From Macrostomum hystrix (taxonomy: Eukaryota > Animalia > Platyhelminthes), in assembly GCA_950097015.1 (NCBI GenBank), contig CATNEN010000001.1, positions 20,522,001 through 20,586,000 on the forward strand: a stretch of DNA of 64,000 nt, written 5' to 3'. Shown in pieces: positions 48,702 to 61,572 of the stretch (position 1 is its first letter; every line of letters starts with the position of its first letter). Both the position numbers and the translations under genes were made by a program. The notes beneath the pieces are model-generated. The model had not been told where the DNA came from and ran no database searches. It was given only the letters and a program-made list of their open reading frames with translations.

Positions 48702-49122
48702 GGTACCTGGACACTTCGTCATCTTACAACTTCGTCATCCAGATGACGATCTGTCCAATATCTCAGAGGGTGGATGACGAAGAGACTTAGACTTGTGGAC
48801 ACTTCGTCATCTATAAAACAAAAGTTTTCAAAGTTAGAACAGAACCACCCCTCCCCACCTCCTCACATCGTGTTGGCACCTATCTTTCTACTCTTATAAT
48901 GAAATCAGTTTTGACACCTCTTTTGACAATTTAGAGTGTGAAGTGTGTTCACACCTCTGCCCCACCACCCCACCCTCACTTTATTGATGACGAACTTGAT
49001 TGCTTGTTATTAGTAGATGACGAACTGACCAAACTTTAAAGCATGCCAATTGGCTGGATGACGAAGTGTTCTACCTTCCAAGTGGATGACGAAGTTGTAA
49101 GATGACGAAGTGTCTAGGATCC
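48702..49122. mobile_element. MITE with ~40-bp GG-starting TIRs and 8-bp TSD (Merlin-type)
   Basis: Left GGTACCTGGACACTTCGTCATCTTACAACTTCGTCATCCA vs right (reverse complement) GGATCCTAGACACTTCGTCATCTTACAACTTCGTCATCCA; TSD ATTCTATT at 48694-48701 and 49123-49130; internal GATGACGAA repeats. Confidence 0.88.
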
Positions 49123-50533
49123 ATTCTATTTATATATGGAAGCCAAAATCATGCTACAATAGCTTAACATGTCATTCCTCTTGATTTGAGAAAGGCCTCT
49201 AAAACAAGTTTACTTATTTGTATCTGTATTTGACAAAAGTATTAGCATACATTATTGAAAAACATAATCTGATAGAGTCCCTGAGTAAGGACGAACACAA
49301 ATTGGACCAAATTTCAAATTTGGTCCTGGTATGCTTGATAGGTGCCATTAAAGTTAAGCAACCAGAACTTCTGTACTGTTAAGAATGAGATGAGATGTAC
49401 CAGGGATATGTGGTATAGAGCTATAGCTAGTCAAAGAGTCCATGTTGATCACTTGAAAATGAAATAATAATAAAACTATTAAAATAAAGACCTACACCTA
49501 GCAAATGTTTTTCATAATTGTTTATTGCAAGCAGAAAATTTAGATTATAAGAGATTATTGATGTAACTAAATAATTAATCTTAAGTATTTCTCTTTATGA
49601 GTCCTTTTACTAAATAATATTCTATATTATAGTTAAGCTCAGGTAGGCCTACTGTAGTCTGCAACACACTGGTATGACTGAGAAAACTTGTCTGGAGTTC
49701 ACATGGTAGCCAGCCATGTTAAACATAATCAATTTTGATCATAACCGTTTTTGCTGAAAACCTTTTTAGCATCAAACTGATTTGGCCCACTTATAAAATT
49801 AGACAATATATCTTCAATATTAAAATTATTTATTGATTTTTTTGTTATTCATTCAAACAGAAAAATGGAAAGTTTATTAGGAAAGAAATTGATATTTAAA
49901 TACATATATTTAAACTCTATTTTGATGAAATTATTGCAACAATGTGGATTTAGATTTTGTATTTGGAGAGCTTGTGTGAACAATAGCCATTCACCTAGTG
50001 TAAATGATGACATTATGAATTAACTTATAGATAACTCTGTCCATCAACGTCCATCAAATGCACAAGGACCCACTGAAAAAAGTAAAAAATGTATCAAGTT
50101 AAGCTTGTGATGTGGGCTAAAATGGTTTTAAGACAAAATTGCATCTGGCCAAAACAACAGGTATTTGTTCTCACCAGTTCTCACTTCTAGGTTCTCACCT
50201 ATATCCAACCATAGATTAGCTAGCTATCACAAGCATAGTGTGCCATACAGCTAATGGAAGAAATGAGTTAATAGAAAAAACTTAAACTCAAAGTCAAACT
50301 TTTTAGTTGGAACATGATAAGCCAGCCTAGCAACTAGGGGAGTGGTAAGGCCTGAGGTTAGCTGAAGAGAAAAACATTAACAGCACTTGTTTTTATGTGA
50401 AAAGTAACAAAAAAGTGAGTGGAACTTAAAGGCATTTTGTTGGTTGTGTGACTTTCTATTATAATAAAAATGATTTAACTGATAAAATCATTTCAGAGTA
50501 GTTTATGGTTTAAAGAGAAGCGGTGACTCTTTC

Positions 50534-53500
50534 ATGGCAATTGTGGTGAGTAAAATTATGCTTTTGTAATGAGCCTATGCATGTTGAAATTATAAAAAAC
50601 ATCTTATTTGATGTATTTTCCAATAATTTCAGTCAGTTATAATCCCGGTTCACAATGCCAGTGCTTGGCTACAAGAGTCAATCATGTCTGCCATTGGACA
50701 GCAGTTTCCAGGAAAACTAGAAATTTCTGTCTACAATGATGCTAGTACGGTGAGTCTTTAGTTATTATTGTTAAACAATTCCAGAATTTTTAGTATCCTG
50801 TCTCATCTTTCCCCTGTCTCATCTCGCTCTCATCTAAAAATCGAGAGTCTCATCTCTCACGTGCCTCACCTCTCACGTTTATTATCTCTACTGTGTCTCG
50901 TCTCTCCCTTGTCTCATCTCTCCCGTGTCTCATCTCTCACGTGTCTCATCTCTCACGTGTCTCATCTCTCCCGTGTCTCATCTCTCACGTGCCTCACCTC
51001 TCACGTTTATTATCTCTACTGTGTCTCATCTCTCCCGTGTCTATCTCCCGTGTCTCATTTTTCCCGTGTCTCATCTCTCCAGTGTCTCATCTCTCCCGTG
51101 TCTCATCTCTCCAGTGTCTCATCTCTCCCGTGTCTCATCTCTCCCGTGTCTCATCTCTCCACTGTCTTAGCTCTCCCGTGTCTCATCTCCTTCCTTTCTC
51201 ATATGAGATGAGATCTCTTTCTCATATTTACATTTAATGCGGCCCGATGAAGTATGTTATGTTCTCTCCGTGGCCGCTTGCCGATACCTGCCCTAAAAAC
51301 ACATACAGGATGACAGTGCTGAGATTCTAGAAGGATTACGCAGTGGATTTTCATCCCAGCTGCACAGATTTGTTATCTCCGGGCACGCAGGCCAGGCTAA
51401 TGGCTGCGGCTTCGCTAAGAATCGCGCGGTTGAACAGTCCTGCGGAGACTATCTGTGCTTCCTGGATGCTGTGAGCACCATTCTCATTTTGCAGCTCATG
51501 CACTGATTTAGCCATACTAATCTGCAGCCTCTGACTGTCTTTTCTAACATCCAGGACGATGTCATGATGCCGGGCAGAATTGAGAAGCAGCTTGCCATTG
51601 CGAGGCGCAGTAAAAACTGTGTGAGTTCTTTTTTCTGCGTGACGTTTTAAGTTCAGACACATTTTCAGGATCCTCTGATTCTTCAGGATCCTCTGATTCT
51701 TCAGGATCCTCTGATTCTTCAGGATCCTCTGATTCTTCAGGATCCTCTGATTCTTCAGGATCCTCTAATTCTTCAGGATCCTCTGATTCTTCAGGATCCT
51801 CTGATTCTTCAGGATCCACTGATTCTTCAGGATCCTCTGATTCTTCAGGATCCTCTGATTCTTCAGGATCCTCTGATTCTTCAGGATCCTCTAATTCTTC
51901 AGGATCCTCTGATCCTTCAGGATCCTCTGATTCTTCAGGATCCTCTAATTCTTCAGGATCCTCTGATTCTTCAGGATCCTCTGATTCTTCAGGATCCTCT
52001 GATTCTTCAGGATCCTCTAATTCTTCAGGATCCTCTGATTCTTCAGGATCCTCTGATTCTTCATGATCCTCTGATTCTTCATGATCTCTGATTCTTCAGG
52101 ATCCTCTGATTCTTCAGGATCCTCTGATTCTTCAGGATCCACTGATTCTTCAGGATCCTCTGATTCTTCAGGATCCTCTGATTCTTCGTGATCCTTTGAT
52201 TCTTCATGATCCTCTGATTCTTCATGATCCTCTGATTCTTCACGATCCTCTGATTCTTCATGATCCTCTGATCCTTCAGGATCCTCTGATTCTTCAGGAT
52301 CCTCTGAGTCTTCAGGATCCTCTGATTCTTCAGGATCCTCTGATTCTTCATGATCCTCTGATTCTTCACGATCCTCTGATTCTTCATGATCCTCTGATCC
52401 TTCAGGATCCTCTGATTCTTCAGGATCCTCTGATTCTTCAGGATCCTCTGATTCTTCAGGATCTTCTGATTCTTCAGGATCCTCTGATTCTTCAGGATCC
52501 TCTAATTCTTCAGGATCCTCTGATTCTTCAGGATCCTCTGATTCTTCAGGATCCTCTGATTCTTCTTGATCCTTTGATTCTTCATGATCCTCTGATTCTT
52601 CAGGATCCTCTGATTCTTCATGATCCACTGAATCTTCAGGATCCTCTGATTCTTCAGGATCCTCTGATTCTTCAGGATCCTTTGATTCTTCAGGATCCTC
52701 TGATTCTTCAGGATCCACTGATTCTTCAGGATTCTCTGATTCTTCAGGATCCTCTGATTCTTCAGGATCCTCTGATTCTTCAGGATCCTCTGATTCTTCG
52801 TGATCCTTTGATTCTTCATGATCCTCTGATTCTTCATGATCCTCAGATTCTTAATGATACTCTAATTCTTCAGGATCCTCTGATTCTTCATGATCCTCTC
52901 ATTCTTCATGATCCTCTGATTCTTCAGGATCCTCTGATTCTTTAGGATCCTTTACTGATTTCTCCGCCCTCTCAGATCATTGGCAGTCGGTTCCACCGAC
53001 AGCCAGCCGACTCCACAGTTCGCTACTCTAGCTGGGCCAATCAGCTGTTGCCTGAGCAGCTCACAGTTCAGGTATTCACATCCCACGGCCCAACCGTGAT
53101 CATGCCAACCTGGTTCATGCACCGCTCAGTGTTTGATCGTGTCGGCGGCTTCAATCAGGCCGCCGCTCGCGGTTACCCCGAGGATCTGGAATTCTTCTAT
53201 CGGCATCTGGATTGCGGCGGCACCGCGGTCAGGGTGGACGACGACCTCGTGATGTACCGGTACCACCCGGCGGCGACCACATTTTCAGTGCATGAGTGAG
53301 CTGGCCATCGGGTTCCTTGGGTCACTGTTAAAATGTATTCACGATTCTTGGAATCATATGAGCATTCTAGTATAATCTATGAGCATTCTAGTATAATCTA
53401 TGAGCATTCTAGTATAATCTATGAGCATTCTAGTATAATCTATGAGCATTCTAGTATAATCTATGAGCATTCTAGTATAATCTATGAGCATTCTAGTATA

Positions 53501-54731
53501 ATCTATGAGCATTCTAGTATAATCTATGAGCATTCTAGTATAATCTATGAGCATTCTAGTATAATCTATGAGCATTCTGGTATAATCTATGAGCATTCTA
53601 GTATAATCTATGAGCATTCTGGTATAATCTATGAGCATTCTAGTAACAGTATAATCTATGAGCATTCTGGTATAATCTATGAGCATTCTAGTCTAATCTA
53701 TGAGCATTCTAGTATAATCTATGAGCATTCTAGTATAATCTATGAGCATTCTAGTATAATCTATGAGCATTCTAGTATAATCTAGGAGCATTCTAGTATA
53801 ATCTATGAGCATTCTAGTATAATCTATGAGCATTCTAGTATAATCTATGAGCATTCTAGTATAATCTATGAGCATTCTGGTATAATCTATGAGCATTCTA
53901 GTATAATCTATGAGCATTCTGGTATAATCTATGAGCATTCTAGTAACAGTATAATCTATGAGCATTCTGGTATAATCTATGAGCATTCTAGTCTAATCTA
54001 TGAGCATTCTAGTATAATCTATGAGCATTCTAGTATAATCTATGAGCATTCTAGTCTAATCTATGAGCATTCTAGTATAATCTATAAGCATTCTAGTATA
54101 ATCTATGAGCATTTTAGTCTAATCTTTGAGCACTCTAGTCTAATCTATGAGCATTGTGGTTTAATCTATGAGCATTCTAGTACAGTCTATGAGCATTTTT
54201 AAATTATTTGCGGATTTAAGGTCTCGAATGAGCATTTTTAGATGAGCATAATTATTCAAGGTATCCGATGACAATCCCTTACCTGAACTGCAGGAGCGCA
54301 ATATTCCGCCTACGCATGGACCGCCTGGTTGCTAGGGTGTTGCCAAGCTGGCCCAGCTTCACGGTGTGGAACGCCGGCAAGCAGGGTCGCAGGTTCTACC
54401 GAGCTCTGCCGCCGGAATTTCGACAGCGGGTGGCCGCCTTCTGCGATGTCGACGCCAAGAAGATCCAGCTTGGCTGGTACACATTCGAGGAGAGCTGCGT
54501 GAGTCCACATTTTTCCCTAGCCCCTTTTTCACCTTCTCTTGTCTATGGCAAAATCCGGCAACAAAACAACCGCAGGAGAAGCCGAAGCCGCGTGTTCCCA
54601 TTGTGCATTTCTCATTGGCGCAGCCTCCGCTGATCATCTGCGCCAAGCAGGACCTGACTGCCGGCCAGTTGGAAGCCAATCTGGCCTCCCTGCGCCTGAC
54701 TGAAGGCGTCCATTATCATTGGTTTAGTTGA
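50534..54731 (+). CDS. B3GNTL1: GT2 glycosyltransferase B3GNTL1 (queuosine-tRNA galactosyltransferase QTGAL orthologue), ~345 aa; exons 50534-50545, 50633-50749, 51309-51470, 51555-51620, 52976-53295, 54294-54498, 54576-54731
   Basis: SVIIPVHNA..ISVYNDAS, GFAKNRAVEQS..YLCFLDADDVM (DxD), QVFTSHGPTVIMPTWF, PEDLEFFY, WNAGKQGRR, AFCDVD; exons sum to 1038 nt; the first micro-exon is less certain. Confidence 0.9.
50798..51290. mobile_element. Partial copy of the minisatellite-bearing hAT MITE (right end only), intronic
   Basis: (TGTCTCATCTCTCCCG)n array, then TCTCATATTTA..AATGCGGCCC...TGCCGATACCTG, parallel to 1955-2039. Confidence 0.65.
51665..52950. repeat. 18-bp intronic minisatellite (CAGGATCCTCTGATTCTT)n
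   Basis: Direct reading; ~70 copies. Confidence 0.97.
53356..54197. repeat. 21-bp intronic minisatellite (TATGAGCATTCTAGTATAATC)n
   Basis: Direct reading of the sequence. Confidence 0.97.
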
Positions 54732-55159
54732 GCCTAAACAGCCTACTTATGAGACTGATTGTAAGTAGTATGTTGGACATTTTACTATCGGAATTTGTTT
54801 GCTCTGCAATTTTATCAAAATATAGCTGAATATTCTAAGTTTGCAATCAACATTGCCTTAAGCAGCACTTTTGCGTTTTTTATTAGCTATTTGGTTTCAA
54901 GCCAAAATGTCTTCCCATGCTTTTTTGCTATTGTTGATGCACTTATAGAAATACTAGCTAAATCCACTTGTACATTGGAAATGCATTTTGTAATAAGCAT
55001 CACTAAAGTGCAAGTTTATTACGTCAGCTAATCAACCAATATCAGCCGTATCATTGCGAATAACTTTTATAAATTAACATTGAGCACGAAAGCAGAAATA
55101 TGTGTTGCCAAAAACTGTCAATTTAATTACTGTTTTCTTTGCCGTTTGGTGCTAGAGGC

Positions 55160-55550
55160 TCCATCCCACCCTGGCTTCAGGTCCCTCCCACCTTGACTTC
55201 AGGTCCACCCGATTATAAAATTCAGGTCCATCGCACCATAAACTTCAGGTACATCTCCCCCTAAACTTCAGGCCCTATTACTAAAAGCTTCAGCTTCATC
55301 TCCATCTTACCCTGAACCTGGTCCATCTTACCCTGAACCTGGTCCATCTTACCCTGAACCTGGTCCATCTTACCCTGAACCTGGTCCATCTTACCCTGAA
55401 CCTGGTCCATCTTACCCTGAACCGGTCCATCCCACCATGAACTTCAGGTCCATCTCGCCCTGACTTCAGGTTCATCCCAACCTGAACTCCAGTCCCTATT
55501 ACGCAAAGTTCAGGTCCACCCCACCATAAATTTCAGGCCCTATTACTAAA
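55160..55550. repeat. ~21-bp minisatellite (CCATCTTACCCTGAACCTGGT) with degenerate flanks
   Basis: Direct reading of the sequence. Confidence 0.85.
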
Positions 55551-55651
55551 AGTAGCATTTCCTTATCTCACAGAGAGAATTGGTCAACATCAAGGACAAT
55601 AAAATATTGGCCCTCATTAAGCGGTTCTACCCAACGGCATCGTCAGCCGTC

Positions 55652-58387
55652 ATGTCAGCCGGGTCATCCAAGTCTCAGCCGAAATCGGTGGCAGTGATTG
55701 GCGCAGGAGCTGCAGGCCTCGCCGCCCTGTCGGTTCTCCGACACGCGTGCCGGCCGACAGCCTTCGAGCGCAGTTCCGAGTTGGTCGGAGGGGTATGGAA
55801 TTATCGAGAATCGGTCGACGAGGGCCCGATGTACGCTAGACTGAGGACCAACCTGCCCAAGGAGGTCATGGCCTACCCGAACTGGGACTGGCGAGAGCCG
55901 CAGAGCAGTTTTGTCTGTCACACCAGTGTGCTGCAGTACCTCAGCTCCTATTGCTATGGACAGGTAAATATTAGCGCAGGGAGCTTTGGATGTGGTCGAT
56001 ATTATTCTGCTAAAGTCGCTTGTCAAATTGAAGGCTTAGATTTTGACTTTTAATGAATAAATAGCCGACTTTATGAAAACTTATTGACTTTCGACTGTCT
56101 GCGAGTATTATCGATAGGTCTGTTTTTCATAGTAGAACGACCACTAGCGTTTATCAAATACCCACATTTATATTTTTTACAGTATCTCTTAAAATTTTAG
56201 ACCAATCGCCATGAAAATCGAATCGGGCTTCGATTTTTCACTCTGTCGCGACTTTCGTCTCTGCCTTCTGTCCTCTATTCACTCTTTCGTTCTCTGCACT
56301 TTTCTTGTTTACATCCAGTTCAATCTAGTTCTTTCTCTCTCGTTATCTTTGCGGCTAGCTGGTCTCTCATCCTCTATCCTTTCTTTCTTTCCTTCTTTCT
56401 GATTGGTCCGCCACTCACATTCTAGCCTCCTCTCCTACCCTCAGTCGCGCACTCTTGTTATCGTATCGCCAACGTCCTCCAGTCTGTCCAACTTAACCAT
56501 GTTCAAATGTATAGTCCAGGGCACAACGCCCTCTCACACTTCACTTGACTTCGATTCAGTTTGGGAATCATAAATTATATAAATTTGTGTAAAATAAATC
56601 AGGCGTTGTATCTGACTTCTAATCGCCGCCTCTGTTTCAGGGCCTGGAAAAGTACATTCTCTTTGGCCAGGAGGTTGTGTCGGTGCGACGGTCGCGTCCT
56701 GAGCAGCTGGAGGCTGGAGCTGCTTCTTGGATTGTGGAAACTCGCCAGCGTGGAGCCGAAGAGTTCGACGCGGTGATTGTGGCCAGCGGACATTTCGCCA
56801 AGCCGATGATGCCGCAACTGCCGGGCTCCGAGAGCTTGCCTTCAAGCATGCTCAGCCACAGCTGCACTTATCGACGGCCCGAGGACTTCGAGGTAAAAAT
56901 ATCTCTGAGTTACACAGATGCAGTGAAAAAAAACGGCTCGAATGAAAACATCCCTCGAAATTAAACAGAGAAATACCACTCAAGTAAAGAAATGTCACTC
57001 CAACCAAGAAATGCCACTCCAGTAAAGAAATGTCACTCTAGTAAAGAAATGTCACTCCAGTAAAGAAATGCCACTCCAACCAAGAAATGCCACTCTAGTA
57101 AAGAAATGTCACTCCAAGCAAAGAAATGTCACTCCAACAGAGAAATGTCACTCCTACTAATAAATGTCACTCCAATCATCAAAAAGTCACTCCGATAAAG
57201 ATATGTGACTCCAAACAAAGAAATGTTACTCTAACCAAGAAATGTCACTCCAATCTAGAAATGTCACTGCTACCAATAAGTGTCACTCCAACCTAGAAAT
57301 GTCACTCCTATCAAGAAATGTCACTCCAAACAAATAATTGTCACTCCTACTAAGAAATGTCACTCCAATCATCAAAAAAGTCACTCCGATAAAGATATCT
57401 GGCTCTTAACAAAGAAATGTCACTCCTATCAAGAAATGTCACTCCAACCTAGAAATGTCACTCCGATCGATAAATGTCACTCCGACCAAGAAATGTCACT
57501 CTAATCGAGAACTGTAACTACTAAATAATAAATTTTGCAGCAAATATTGCAAATTAAATTCTAAATTAATTCAGTCCAAATTGAAATTCGCAAACTGAAA
57601 AAGTTAATCCAAAGTTCACCAAACCCCATGCAAACCGCAGGGCAAGGTGGTCGCCCTACTTGGCGCCAATTCCAGCGGTCAGGACATTGCCCTGGAGCTG
57701 GCCAAATCAGCCAGACAGGTGTACCTGTGCCACCGGGGCCCGCGGCTGCTGTCCGAGCTACCCAGCAATGTCACCCAGCTGGGTCCCATCCTCGGCTTCC
57801 ACAGCGATCCTGACGGTGGCGACTCCAAGCATTGCGTCGCAGCTCGCAGCGGAGACGGCGAAGCGGACGCTATCGTTAAAGTGAAAATCGATCACGTGAT
57901 GTTTTGCACTGGCTACGACTATGACTTCCCGTTCCTGACCGATGAGCTGTCCGCACTGACCAGGCCGAGTCACGTGCCCCGCCTGTACCAGCAGGTGGTC
58001 CACACCAGACTGCCTGGCCTGTACTTTCTCGGCCTGTGCACTCACATTGTGCCGTTTCCTCAGTTCTATTTGCAAGCCAAACTTATTGAAGCCTTCTTAA
58101 TGCATCGGCTGCAACTACCGACCGATGCTGAAGCCGACAGTCTGCGAGATGAAGCTCAGAAGCTGGCCCGGGGCGTCACGCCTAGGCACCTTCACACACT
58201 GGGCGATGCGCAGTGGGAGTACAATGACCAACTGGCTGATTTGGCTGGCTGTGACAGGCTGCCACCAGTGACACGCCTCATCTACGACCATGTCAAACTG
58301 GAGAGAAAGCTGAGACTCACGTCATACAAGCGGTGGCGCTATCAGATTACTGGCCACGACAGCTTCAGGAAATGGCTGCCTGACTGA
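55652..58387 (+). CDS. Flavin-containing monooxygenase (FMO, soluble GS-OX-like type), ~436 aa; exons 55652-55963, 56641-56892, 57641-58387
   Basis: FAD motif VAVIGAGAAGL, GGVWNY, MYARLRTNLPKEVM, VIVASGHF, HSCTYRRPEDF, NADPH motif LLGANSSGQDI, FCTGY; exons sum to 1311 nt. Confidence 0.92.
56965..57510. repeat. ~21-bp intronic minisatellite (AAGAAATGTCACTCC core)
   Basis: Direct reading of the sequence. Confidence 0.9.
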
Positions 58388-58389
58388 CG

Positions 58390-58638
58390 CCTGTCACTCC
58401 CCACCTGCCTTCATCTGTCACACATCCCATTGCCTTCATCTGTCACTCCCCACTGCCTTCATCTGTCACTCCCCACCTGCCTTCATCTGTCACTCCCCAC
58501 CTGCCTTCATCTGTCACAACCCATTGCCTTCATCTGGCACTCCCCACCTGCCTTCACCTGTCACTCCCCACCTGCCTTCATCTGTCACTCCCTGTGCCTT
58601 TATCTGTCACTCCCCACTGCCGTCATCTGTCACTCCCA
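58390..58638. repeat. ~24-bp minisatellite (CTGTCACTCCCCACCTGCCTTCAT)n right after the FMO stop
   Basis: Direct reading of the sequence. Confidence 0.9.
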
Positions 58639-58919
58639 GAAAACTTGGAATTCTTGATTGCAATTTTCATTCTGGTTATTTTTGTGCCTTTTGATTTAAA
58701 TAAATTTATTTACTCCGTGATTTTTGGTTATTAAAATACTTTATCGTGTACGTTTTGTTACTTTTACTTGGAAATATACGAGACAATGAATTTTCCGATT
58801 TATAATCATTTTAGTCATTAATTCCGCAATTAGTTTTTCCTTTGACTTCAGAGCCTACTTAAAGTAGAAATGCATGAATTTTAAATGAAAAATTGACATG
58901 AAACCTCAGCGCGTCCAGC

Positions 58920-61169
58920 ATGCCGGGCACCTGCTACGACTTGGCCATTGTTGGCGGCGGCATTGTTGGCGCTGCGACCGCGCGCGAGGTGCTAAAGCGC
59001 TGGCCGAAGCTTCGCTGCCTCCTAATCGAGAAAGAAGCCTCGCTGGCGCGGCACCAGAGCGGCCACAACTCTGGCGTCATCCACGCGGGCATCTATTATC
59101 AGCCGGGCAGTCTGAAAGCCAAGCTGTGTGTTAGGGGCATGCGCCTCATGTACGATTATTGCGACACTAAGCGGCTACCGTGCAAGAGGGTTGGAAAACT
59201 GATCGTGGCCACGAGAGAGGACGAATTTGACAGGTTGGAAATGATGTCATTTTTTGTTTTCCATAGAAAATAGTTCCAACAATATTTGCTACTTGCCTAC
59301 TGACTTGGAAATGTAAGTAGTATGATGTTGCCATTTGGCAAAATTAAATTTTTTATTAGGTACAGTGGCTGGCTAAGCTTAACCGCGTGGAGAAATCCAA
59401 TTCACTTAATCGCATGTGCATTTAAATTTGCATTTGAATTGAAATAAATAATGTCAGTTTTTGTTTATCAGAACAAATACTGTAACGATATTCGCTACTT
59501 GCTTATTAACTTTAAAATACAAGTAGTATGAGGCTGCCATTTCGCTAGTTTCGCTAGTTATTCTCTGCTGCCTGCAGAAATGATGTCATGTTTTGTTTGT
59601 CAGAGCAAATAATTCTTACAATTATCGCAACTTGCCTAATGACTTAAAATTATAAGTAGTATAATGCTGATATTTTGCATGATTCGTGTAGTTAATTTTT
59701 TCCTAGACTTGCTGAGCTGCACCGCCGCGGCCTGGAGAATCAGGTGCCGGATCTTCGCCTGCTCACCAGCCAGTCGGAGATTCTCGCGGTGGAGCCAAAC
59801 TGCACCGGCGGCCTTCGGGCTCTGCATTCGCCGCACACCGGCATCGCCGACTTTGCGGCTGTCACGCGCTCGTTTGGCGATGATTTTGTCAACGCTGGCG
59901 GAGAAATTCAGCTGGGCTTTGAGCTGGGCTCCGTTCGTCTGGATCCCATTGCTCGGCCTGACGGTGAGTGACTGCCAAGAATAAGGCTTCACTGCAAGAA
60001 ATATTTCGGGTGACCAAATGCAAATGGTAGGAATCTCCCGAGGAATCTTCCGAAATACTCGCTTCAATGATGTAGGAATCTTCCGAAATATTCAGTGCAA
60101 TGTGGTAGGAATCTTCCCAAATATTTAGTGCAATGTGGTAGGAATCTTCCCAAATATTCAGTGCAATGTGGTAGGAATCTTCCCAAATATTCAGTGCAAT
60201 GTGGTAGGAATCTTCCCAAATATTCAGTGCAATGTGGTAGGAATCTTCCCAAATATTCAGTGCAATGTGGTAGGAATCTTCCCAAATATTTAGTGCAATG
60301 TGATAGGAATCTTCCCAAATATTCAGTGTGATACAGTTGGAATCTTCCTAAATATTTAGTGCAATGTGATAGGAATCTTCCCAAATATTCAGTGTGATAC
60401 AGTTGGAATCTTCCTATCTGAGACATTAAACATAACCCACCCTGTTCCAGGCTTCCCGCTGACCCTGCTGCCAAATTTGGGCCGCGGAGACCCGGTCAGC
60501 TGCCGTCGCCTCATCACCTGCGCCGGTCTCCATAGCGACCGTGTGGCGGCGATGACGCGGTCAATCCTGGCCCCGGCTGCCAACGAAGCTCCCCTGCCGT
60601 CCATTGTGCCATTCAGGGGCGATTATCTGGTCCTGAAGCCGGGCCGCAGTTCCTTGGTTCGCGGCAACATCTACCCGGTGCCGGATCCCAGGTTCCCGTT
60701 CCTTGGCGTGCACTTCACTCCCCGCATCGACGGCACCGTCTGGCTGGGGCCGAACGCCGTCCTGGCCTTCAAGCGTGAAGGCTACGGCCTGCTTGACATC
60801 AGCGTCAGAGATCTCACCGAGTCGCTCAGCCATCCGGGACTTTGGCGCCTTCTGGGAGCCAACATCGGGCCCGGACTGCGCGAGCTTCGACGAGTCTTCA
60901 ACGTCGGCGCCACCGTTGAGGAGCTTCGAAGATTTGTGCCCTCGCTGAGCAAGTCGGACGTGGCCCGCGGGCCCAGCGGTGTCCGAGCTCAGGCTCTGTC
61001 CGACACGGGCGCTCTGGTTGACGACTTTGTCATCGTCGGCGACTCGACTGGCCGAGTGATGCACGTGTGCAATGCGCCCTCACCTGCGGCGACATCCTCG
61101 CTGGCGATTGCGGAATATGTGGCCGACAGGGCCGCTGAGAAACTGGGACTGGGGGCTAATGGACTCTAA
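58920..61169 (+). CDS. L2HGDH: L-2-hydroxyglutarate dehydrogenase, ~429 aa; exons 58920-59233, 59707-59963, 60451-61169
   Basis: YDLAIVGGGIVG, HQSGHNSGVIHAGIYY, GKLIVA, CAGLHSDR, IYPVPDPRFPFLGVHFTPR, GVRAQA, NAPSPAATSSLAIA; exons sum to 1290 nt. Confidence 0.95.
60065..60415. repeat. 33-bp intronic minisatellite
   Basis: Unit GGAATCTTCCCAAATATTCAGTGCAATGTGGTA. Confidence 0.93.
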
Positions 61170-61189
61170 TTAACGTGAACTTTTTCACG

Positions 61190-61572
61190 TAAGGTGTGAG
61201 GCTGTGGTCGTGAAGGTGTGTGGTCAAGATGATCGTGAAGGCGTGAGGTTGGGAAGGTGTGAGGACATGAAGGTGTGAGGTTGTGAAGGTGTGAGGTTGT
61301 GAAGGTGTGAGGTTGTGAAGGTGTGAGGTTGTGAAGGTGTGAGGTTGTGAAGGTGTGAGGTTGTGAAGGTGTGAGGTTGTGAAGGTGTGAGGTTGTGAAG
61401 GTGTGAGGTTGTGAAGGTGTGAGGTTGTGAAGGTGTGAGGTTGTGAAGGTGTGAGGTTGTGAAGGTGTGAGGTTGTGAAGGTGTGAGGTTGTGAAGGTGT
61501 GAGGACATGAAGGTGTGATTGTGAAGGTGTGAGGTTGTGAAAGTGTGAGGACATGAAGGTGTGATTGTGAAT
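61190..61572. repeat. 16-bp minisatellite (GTGTGAGGTTGTGAAG)n
   Basis: Direct reading of the sequence. Confidence 0.95.

Noticed and set aside
51562-54195. Acidic DPEESE and YEHSSII repeat ORFs
   Set aside because: They lie within GT-AG introns of B3GNTL1 and derive from 18- and 21-bp repeats
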